A stretch of 64,000 bases of DNA, from contig JACPHY010000011.1 of the NCBI GenBank assembly GCA_016188355.1, positions 23,219-87,218 on the forward strand, in the 5' to 3' direction. A program made the position numbers and the translations under genes. Position 1 is the stretch's first letter. Every line of letters starts with the position of its first letter. Positions 57,720-64,000 of this stretch are shown one piece after another. This DNA comes from Candidatus Uhrbacteria bacterium (lineage in GTDB: Bacteria; Patescibacteriota; Patescibacteriia; JACPHY01). The notes beneath the pieces are model-generated. The model saw only the letters and a list, made by a program, of their open reading frames with translations. It did no database searches and had not been told where the DNA came from.

Positions 57720-57800
57720 GTCCCATCCCCGGATGGGACTTCCCCCGCGGTGATCTTGCGGAAGATCGTTGCGGGGGAGGAATGTGGTATTGGTTCTTTC
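57720..57800 (+). promoter_or_regulatory. Two-hairpin intergenic element, copy 5
   Basis: GTCCCATCC-CC-GGATGGGAC, TTCCCCCGCGGTGATCTT-GCGG-AAGATCGTTGCGGGGGAGG, GGTTCTTTC. Confidence 0.8.
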
Positions 57801-57816
57801 CCAAAGGAGGCGTGTC

Positions 57817-58818
57817 ATGTCGAATGGATCGGCGGAACGTGGAAATTTGATTTCGGATCCGCGAGTCGTGCTCCTGTCCGGACCGGATCAGCGGGCGGAT
57901 AGTTGTGCGTGGTCTCCCTCGGGAAATCTCGGGGCGACCGTGCACGGGGGTACGTGTGTGTTGTGGGATCTCCATACGGGAGCAGCGACGGTGCGCTGTG
58001 CGACCGGTCGGCTGGTGCGCGACATTGCGTTTGATGGATCGGGTAGACGGATCATGGTCCTGGATGATCACAGCGTTTCTGCGTGGAGCGGTGAACGGGG
58101 AAACTACGAGGGCGTTGTGGTGCTCGCGAATGGATACCAGATGCTCTCCATTGGTGGCTATTATTTGGCTGCGTGGCAACCGGATCGCTGCCTGCTCCAG
58201 CCAATGCGAAGGGACGTGCTCGATCCCATCGAATTTCAGGAGCGGTGGAAGGCGGTAGTGCTCTCCGCGGATGGGTTGCTGACCTGGTTTCTTTGGTCGG
58301 ATGGTGTGGTGGCTGCGCATACGGGAGCGGGATCGGCACATCGTATCGCTGAATTTCCATTGGTCTGTGAGGGCCGTGATCGATCCATTGTCTGTGCGCT
58401 ACAGGGTCGGAGGGCGGTGGTGTGCTGTGGGGGGCATGTGCACGTGTTCGATTGCGATGCGCCGGAGCGTCAACGCGAGCGTATGTGGGCATTGACGGAT
58501 CCCATTCATGCAGCGACGTGGCTTTGGGGAGGACGAGCCCTACTGCTGGCGCATGGTGCATCGCGCGATGCGAGTCGGCTGTGCGGTATCGACGTGGCAA
58601 CTGGTTTTCCGTTTTGGCGCTCGTCGGCCCATACCTTGCAGCAGGTGACGGCATTTGCGTCCGCACCGGATGGCCATCGCGTGCTCTTGAATGCAGCATT
58701 GGTGACGCCGTTCTCGGCATCGGATGCGGAACGTTTTGGCGCGACGGTACTCGACTTCGGTGACCCGCCCTCGTCTTTGGGTGGTTCACTGCATTGGTCG
58801 GACGCGTCGTTTGGGTGA
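57817..58818 (+). CDS. Beta-propeller protein F with WSDASFG tag (paralogue of C)
   Basis: CAWSPSG...VLWD, IAFDGSG, WLWGGRALL, APDGHRVLLN; ends LDFGDPPSSLGGSLHWSDASFG. Confidence 0.85.
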   Translation: MSNGSAERGNLISDPRVVLLSGPDQRADSCAWSPSGNLGATVHGGTCVLWDLHTGAATVRCATGRLVRDIAFDGSGRRIMVLDDHSVSAWSGERGNYEGVVVLANGYQMLSIGGYYLAAWQPDRCLLQPMRRDVLDPIEFQERWKAVVLSADGLLTWFLWSDGVVAAHTGAGSAHRIAEFPLVCEGRDRSIVCALQGRRAVVCCGGHVHVFDCDAPERQRERMWALTDPIHAATWLWGGRALLLAHGASRDASRLCGIDVATGFPFWRSSAHTLQQVTAFASAPDGHRVLLNAALVTPFSASDAERFGATVLDFGDPPSSLGGSLHWSDASFG

Positions 58819-58866
58819 TGGAGTGCGAACATGGGATAGGGCGGCGACCGCGTACCAGGTCGACGC

Positions 58867-60003
58867 ATGGGAGGAATGATGGCATTGCTCGATTCCGCGG
58901 TGTCATTATTGACGCCGGATCTCTTTGCAAAAGCACGCGCCATATTGCCGCCGATTACCCTACCGCGGCCACGGCGTCGTTTGCTGGGCGGACTTCCCGA
59001 TCGACCGACTGCGCTGGTTTGGGCACCAGACGGATCACATCTTGCGATGATCTGCCACCCCGCGGAGACCGTGGTTTGGCATGCGACGCGTGATGCGTGC
59101 GATTATTTTCCGCCGGCCATGGCATTTGCGTTTACGGGAGGGGATGCACAAACGTTGTTGTGGGATGATGGGCAGCACGTGCAGCATTCGCGAATGCTCT
59201 TGACGGTGTCGATCGCGGAGGGTGCGTCGACGTCGTGCAAGCGGTGGTCGCGATTATTGCCCATGGATGCGGATCGCTGTGTGTTTGTCGAGGGATTCGA
59301 ACCGGATCGATTTCCTAAATCGGCTCGATGGACGGCGCGTTGCTTGGCGAGTGGTGCGTCCTGGCCCTTTGCGGGTGGGCCGTGTTCCGGGCCCGTCGAA
59401 GTCCTGCGCGACCATAATCTCCTGGCAGTGGCAGATGCGGCGTTATTGCAGTTTTGGGAGGTGCCGTCGCGCGGCGTGGAGCTGCCGAAGACGCTGTTGC
59501 GTCAGCAGGTTGCCATGCCGTGCACCGATGTCATTCGCGCGTTGGCGACCTACCAACACTCCTGCGTGGTGGGATGCGTGCGCGGGCATTGCTACGAATA
59601 CGATTGCCGTGCACAGGCGTGGACGCGAGGGGTCGAATGTCCCGGTAAGGATGCGATCACCGCGCTCGCGGTTTCGTCGGACGGGCGGGTACTGTTCGTG
59701 AGTACGAGCAATGCCGCATCGATGATTGGTATGGACTGGCAGCGCGGCGAGGTGTTGCGGAACATCGGCCCATTCTATCGTCGCCGGTCCCCGCGTCTGC
59801 TCGCGGCGAGCCCCGATTGCCGAGTGATCGCGTGCGATGAATATTTGCCGCCGACCGATGATCGGTGCTGGAGCGATCGGGTGCTCGACTGGTCGGATCG
59901 CATGGGTATCCGTTCTGGCGGACAGCTGCGCCTCGTCACGTTGCTCGATTTCGGCACACCGCATTTCGGGGTGACCCATTGGGCGGATGCGTCATTCGGG
60001 TGA
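58867..60003 (+). CDS. Beta-propeller protein G with WADASFG tag
   Basis: ALVWAPDGSHLA, ITALAVSSDGRVL, LAASPD; ends LDFGTPHFGVTHWADASFG; exact start uncertain. Confidence 0.82.
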   Translation: MGGMMALLDSAVSLLTPDLFAKARAILPPITLPRPRRRLLGGLPDRPTALVWAPDGSHLAMICHPAETVVWHATRDACDYFPPAMAFAFTGGDAQTLLWDDGQHVQHSRMLLTVSIAEGASTSCKRWSRLLPMDADRCVFVEGFEPDRFPKSARWTARCLASGASWPFAGGPCSGPVEVLRDHNLLAVADAALLQFWEVPSRGVELPKTLLRQQVAMPCTDVIRALATYQHSCVVGCVRGHCYEYDCRAQAWTRGVECPGKDAITALAVSSDGRVLFVSTSNAASMIGMDWQRGEVLRNIGPFYRRRSPRLLAASPDCRVIACDEYLPPTDDRCWSDRVLDWSDRMGIRSGGQLRLVTLLDFGTPHFGVTHWADASFG

Positions 60004-60010
60004 GGACTCC

Positions 60011-60042
60011 ACAGCACGCGGCTTGACCGCGTGCTGTTTTTC
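60011..60042 (+). terminator. Intrinsic terminator closing the accessory locus
   Basis: ACAGCACGCGG-CTTGA-CCGCGTGCTGT-TTTT. Confidence 0.7.
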
Positions 60043-60061
60043 ATTCAATACTGAGTAACTT

Positions 60062-61027
60062 ATGGAAGGCGCTCCCTTCGACGTGCTCGTCATCGGCGCA
60101 GGACCTGCGGGACTCGCGGCAGCCATGTTCACGGCGCGCCGCGGGCTGCGCACGTGCGTCCTGTCGAAGGACATCGGCGGGCAGGCGGCGCTCACGGATA
60201 CGATTGAGAACTATCCCGGGATCGCATCGGTGAGTGGACGATCGCTCGTGGAAACGATGCGGGGACAGGCGACGCGCGACGGAGCGGATTGGCAATTCGG
60301 CGAAGCGATATCCATCGTTTCGGATGCATCCCTCCATTTGGTGCGTACGGCGGAGGGAACGACCATTGCGGCGCGGACGATTATTTTGGCTTTTGGGTTG
60401 ACGCCAAATGATCTCGACTGTTTGGGCGAAGCGCCATTGCGGGGGCGTGGGTTGTACTATTCCGCCGTTGCCGATGCGCCGATGCAGGACGGGAAAACGG
60501 TGGCGGTTGTGGGGGGTGGTAATGCCGCGGTCACCGCGGCGCTCGAACTCGCGCCGCGCGCCGCGCGGGTGTACTGCATCCATCGTCGCGAGGAGTTCCG
60601 TGCGGAACAGGTACTGCTCGATCGCCTGCTTGCGCTACCGAATGTGGTCTGTTGCCGGTCGACCGTGGTTGCGGAGGTGCGGGGGGATGATCGCGTCCGC
60701 GAGCTGGTACTTGCGCCGGCGACGGATGGTGCGTCGCGCGTGCTGGCGGTGGACAGCGTGTTTGTGCAAATTGGCTACTCCGCAAAAACGAATTGGCTCG
60801 ATGGCGTGGTCGCACGGAATGCGCGGCGCGAGGTGATGATTGATCGGGATTGCCAAACGAATGCGCCGGGTATTTTTGCGGCAGGCGATATTACGGATAT
60901 CAGCTATAAGCAGGCGGTGATTTCGGCGGGGGAGGGGGTCAAGGCGGCATTGCAGGCATTCAAGTACCTGCAGACGCAAGCAGGTCGTCCGGCGGTGATG
61001 TTTGATTGGGAGGTGAAGACGGTGTAG
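60062..61027 (+). CDS. trxB: Thioredoxin-reductase-family FAD/NAD(P) oxidoreductase
   Basis: IGAGPAG, GGQ...IENYPG, VGGGNAA, IHRR, FAAGD; redox site reads YSAVAD rather than YCAxCD. Confidence 0.85.
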   Translation: MEGAPFDVLVIGAGPAGLAAAMFTARRGLRTCVLSKDIGGQAALTDTIENYPGIASVSGRSLVETMRGQATRDGADWQFGEAISIVSDASLHLVRTAEGTTIAARTIILAFGLTPNDLDCLGEAPLRGRGLYYSAVADAPMQDGKTVAVVGGGNAAVTAALELAPRAARVYCIHRREEFRAEQVLLDRLLALPNVVCCRSTVVAEVRGDDRVRELVLAPATDGASRVLAVDSVFVQIGYSAKTNWLDGVVARNARREVMIDRDCQTNAPGIFAAGDITDISYKQAVISAGEGVKAALQAFKYLQTQAGRPAVMFDWEVKTV

Positions 61028-61083
61028 GGGTGGTCTGTTCGCGCACGAAGGCGCCCACGCACGAATGGTGCGTGGGCGTTGGG

Positions 61084-61683
61084 TTACTCGATCTCCTCGC
61101 AGTCGGCGTTGCCGAGGACGTTGGTGTCGAGGACAAAGACATGGCGCGTGCCGCCGTTATCCTCGCTGATGATCGTTCCGGATCCCCAGATGCCGCGTTC
61201 GAGCTTCGCGACGCGGACGACGCTGGGGTTCGCGAACTTCGCGCAGGCGAGGGCGCCGTCCTCCGTGATCCAGAAGTTCCCCATGAGGACGCCGCCTACG
61301 AGGAGGCCGCCGATCCCACCGAAGAGCACGATGATCGTGAGGAGGAGCTCGAGGAGCGTGTAGCCGCGGCGCGAGCGGCGGGTCGACGCTGCCAGCGGAG
61401 GAGGAGTGGCGACGAGTCGGAGTTGCGGAGTTTGTCGCGTCCGCATCTCTTCGATCGCGCGTCTCGTGAACCTTGTGGGGATCTGTGGACGCAGGGAGAG
61501 GAACGCGCTGACTGCAGCACCTGCAACCGCCGCCTGTCCGGCGAGTGGCCACACCGAATATCCGAAGAGGAGCGAGAAGAGTGCGTGCGCTGCGCCGACG
61601 ACGCAACCGATTCCCAGGGAGAGGATCCCATAGGTTCTGCACCACCCGAGCACGCGATCGACATTTTTGTTCCGTTGCTGCAC
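61084..61683 (-). CDS. Membrane protein with an internal prepilin-type (class III) cleavage motif
   Basis: GGAGG RBS before GTG; 2 TM helices, then RRSRRG/YTLLELLLTIIVL and a small Cys-pair domain. Confidence 0.65.
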   Translation of the reverse strand: MQQRNKNVDRVLGWCRTYGILSLGIGCVVGAAHALFSLLFGYSVWPLAGQAAVAGAAVSAFLSLRPQIPTRFTRRAIEEMRTRQTPQLRLVATPPPLAASTRRSRRGYTLLELLLTIIVLFGGIGGLLVGGVLMGNFWITEDGALACAKFANPSVVRVAKLERGIWGSGTIISEDNGGTRHVFVLDTNVLGNADCEEIE

Positions 61684-61812
61684 GATATGCCTCCATTTCC
61701 GTAGTGCGGAGATTTGCACAAAAGGACGCTGCCACTGTAGAGGAAAATGGCCATTTTGTCAAGGGGGTGTACATTCGCCTTCCGCGATTCCTGCTGTGCT
61801 ACCATGGCATCT

Positions 61813-63120
61813 ATGGCGAAACAGTCTCCGTGGCAAGCAGCGCTCACACAACTTGAATCTGCGGCCGCAATCGCACAGGTCCGACCTGAGATCATTGAGC
61901 AATTACGGCGGCCGGAGCGGGTGATTCAGGCGGAATTCCCAGTACGGATGGATGATGGGTCGCTGCAGTTTTTTCAGGGCTATCGCGTCCAGCATTCGAA
62001 TGCCCGAGGACCGTACAAGGGCGGCATTCGATTCCATCCGAATGTCGACATGGATGAGGTGCGCGCGCTCGCGTTTTGGATGAGCATCAAATGTGCGGTC
62101 GCCGGCATTCCGTTTGGCGGCGGCAAGGGCGGGGTGACCGTGGACCCCAAACGGCTGTCCACGGGTGAGTTGGAACGATTGTCGCGGGCATACGTGCGTG
62201 CCATGGGGATGAATTTCGGTCCGCGGCATGATGTGCCGGCTCCGGACGTCAATACGAATGGTCAGATCATGGCGTGGATGGTGGAGGAATGGAAAAAGGT
62301 GGTGGGTCGCAAGCAGCGAGCCGCAAACCAGAACGAGTGGCGCGCGACGTTTACCGGAAAGCCGATAGGGAAGGGCGGTGCGGCGGGACGAGAGCAGGCG
62401 ACGGGATTCGGCGGCATGGTGGTGCTCCGGGAAGCGCTCCGCACGCTCGGAAAGCAATGGGGCATCAGGAAATCGCCCACGGTCATCGTTCAGGGTTTTG
62501 GCAATGTGGGATACTGGGCGGCGCGCACCGCAACGGATTTCGGATTCCGCGTCATCGGGATTTCGGATTCCAGTGGAGGTGTAGTCGTGGATGATGGCGA
62601 TACGGGTCGAGGATTTGATCCCGCGCTTGTCCTTGCGGGGAAGGAGGAGGTGGGGCAACTGGTGCATTTCGTGAGCGGCGGACCGTTCGGCGGAGTGTCG
62701 CATGTGCGGACCGTTACGAATGCGCAGCTCCTCGAAACTCCCTGCGACGTGCTCGTTCCCGCGGCGCTCGAAGGGCAGATTACTCAGAAGAATGCGGCAC
62801 GGGTGCGAGCGAAGCTCGTGCTCGAATTGGCGAATGGTCCCACCACACCGGAGGCGGAAGCGGTACTGCGGGAGCGCGGCATCTCGGTGATTCCCGACGT
62901 CCTCGCGAACGCAGGTGGCGTCACGACTTCGTACTACGAATGGCTGCAGAATATCCGAAACGTGCGATGGACGGAGGCCGCAACACTCCGAAGGCTCGAC
63001 GCCCTGCTCACGGAACAGGCGCGCAAGGTGCTCACGCGCGCCGCGCGATCACGCGTCACCCCACGACAAGCCGCATTCGCGATCGCCATCGAGCGGATTG
63101 CTGATGCGATGGGGTCATAG
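61813..63120 (+). CDS. gdhA: Glu/Leu/Phe/Val dehydrogenase (glutamate dehydrogenase)
   Basis: GPYKGGIRFH, GGGKGG, DVPAPDVNT, TGKP, QGFGNVG, ELANGP, NAGGV. Confidence 0.93.
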   Translation: MAKQSPWQAALTQLESAAAIAQVRPEIIEQLRRPERVIQAEFPVRMDDGSLQFFQGYRVQHSNARGPYKGGIRFHPNVDMDEVRALAFWMSIKCAVAGIPFGGGKGGVTVDPKRLSTGELERLSRAYVRAMGMNFGPRHDVPAPDVNTNGQIMAWMVEEWKKVVGRKQRAANQNEWRATFTGKPIGKGGAAGREQATGFGGMVVLREALRTLGKQWGIRKSPTVIVQGFGNVGYWAARTATDFGFRVIGISDSSGGVVVDDGDTGRGFDPALVLAGKEEVGQLVHFVSGGPFGGVSHVRTVTNAQLLETPCDVLVPAALEGQITQKNAARVRAKLVLELANGPTTPEAEAVLRERGISVIPDVLANAGGVTTSYYEWLQNIRNVRWTEAATLRRLDALLTEQARKVLTRAARSRVTPRQAAFAIAIERIADAMGS

Positions 63121-63170
63121 CGGGAGCTGGGTGATTGCGATACTGTATCCACAGATACCCTCAATTCTCT

Positions 63171-63818
63171 ATGGAGCACGAAATGATCAATCCTCCATCC
63201 GGGCCGCGCATGGTCCGTCGCGTACGCACCGTGCCGCCACCCAGCGCACTACCGGAGTCGCACACTTCTATGTCAATGCGTCCACGTTCCGCATGGCCAT
63301 GGGTTCTCCTGTTGGTGGTAATGGTTGCCGTGGGCAGCGGAGCGGCCATGTACTGGCGACGGCAAGATGCTGCACCAAAGCCGTGGCAGGCGGTGTTCCT
63401 CACGAATGGGCAGGTCTACTTCGGCCATCTGGCGCGATCGCGCGTTGCGACCACGATGCTCCTGACGGACGTGTATTACATTCAAGTTGCTCCGCGGTTG
63501 CAGGCGCAGAATTCGGGCACAGGGACGAATGAGGCGGGAACGGCGAATGCGGCAGATCTCGCACTCGTGAAGTTGGGCGATGAGTTGCATCGACCCACGG
63601 ATGCCATGCGGATCAATCGTGCGCATGTGCTTTTCACGGAGGAGCTCCGTGCGGACGGACCAGTCGTACAGACGATTGAGCGCATGCAGCGTGGCGTGCC
63701 AACGGCAGCGCCGCAGGCTGCTCCCGCAGCCGCCGCGCCCGGCGCCACTGGCGGCGACGCGGCTGCTCCGGCGAACGGCGGAACAGGAAAAACGCCAGGA
63801 GCTTCGGATCGTCGATAG
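63171..63818 (+). CDS. Membrane-anchored hypothetical protein
   Basis: Single TM helix then WQAVFLTNGQVYFG...LVKLGDELH.P. Confidence 0.75.
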   Translation: MEHEMINPPSGPRMVRRVRTVPPPSALPESHTSMSMRPRSAWPWVLLLVVMVAVGSGAAMYWRRQDAAPKPWQAVFLTNGQVYFGHLARSRVATTMLLTDVYYIQVAPRLQAQNSGTGTNEAGTANAADLALVKLGDELHRPTDAMRINRAHVLFTEELRADGPVVQTIERMQRGVPTAAPQAAPAAAAPGATGGDAAAPANGGTGKTPGASDRR

Positions 63819-63831
63819 CACGCATACGGGC

Positions 63832-63863
63832 ACGCAACGCCAGCCAAACGGCTGGCGTTGCGT
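63832..63863 (+). terminator. Hairpin
   Basis: ACGCAACGCCAGCC-AAAC-GGCTGGCGTTGCGT. Confidence 0.45.
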
Positions 63864-63912
63864 ATTGCGCCAACAGAGCAATGGCGGTACGCTGCGGAAC
63901 ACGGCCTCCTCT

Positions 63913-64000
63913 ATGCGATACGACCATCGGACCATCGAGCAAAAATGGCAGGATCGTTGGATGCGCATGCAATCGAACGCTGCGCGGGATGGTGATGCGC
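63913..64000 (+). CDS. leuS: Probable leucine--tRNA ligase (5' partial)
   Basis: MRYDHRTIEQKWQDRW, typical LeuRS N-terminus; only 29 codons visible. Confidence 0.65.
   Translation, partial: MRYDHRTIEQKWQDRWMRMQSNAARDGDA

Noticed and set aside
49072-57800. Hairpin repeats as a CRISPR array
   Set aside because: Copies are separated by whole genes of 1-3 kb rather than 30-40 nt spacers, vary in sequence, and no cas genes are in the window.
49072-60003. Integron cassette array, shufflon or diversity-generating retroelement
   Set aside because: No integrase, invertase or reverse transcriptase in the window, no consistent RYYYAAC/GTTRRRY ends, and no template/variable repeat pair with A-specific mismatches. 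A trans-acting enzyme elsewhere cannot be excluded.
50230-60003. DFG in the propeller tails as a protein-kinase motif
   Set aside because: No other kinase motifs are present; it lies at the end of the last beta strand.
1-64000. Prophage or alternative genetic code
   Set aside because: No phage structural or integrase genes seen; conserved genes are full length in code 11 and several end properly at TGA.

Overview
GC-rich bacterial chromosome segment read in standard code 11. The gene content suggests Patescibacteria/CPR (inference): a short hinge-less SMC, a compact S1-domain protein, PilB, VanW and the WQAVFLxNGQVYFG membrane protein. The housekeeping backbone comprises smc, a DHH phosphoesterase, clpP, tsaD, alr, tsaE, pilB-like, ftsH, rpsA-like, gyrA, rpmF, nusB, rnc, hup, ymdB, rny, infB, trxB, gdh, the start of leuS and three tRNAs (Glu, Arg, Lys). 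It is interleaved with orphan ORFs, REP-like repeats around a GIY-YIG nuclease, a 162-bp MITE and two candidate structured ncRNAs. The standout is a ~16-kb co-oriented accessory locus (44.2-60.0 kb) between infB and trxB. It encodes a J-domain/Ser-Thr kinase fusion, a vWA protein and a divergent pyruvate-kinase-like protein, then DUF1257-like, DUF2997-like, radical SAM and Ycf46-like AAA+ genes. Seven very divergent beta-propeller paralogues follow or flank the ATPase, and all end in the same C-terminal tag (DFG...W[AS]DASFG-stop). Most of these genes are preceded by a conserved, covarying two-hairpin element. All family assignments come from motif recognition by eye; no database searches were run.
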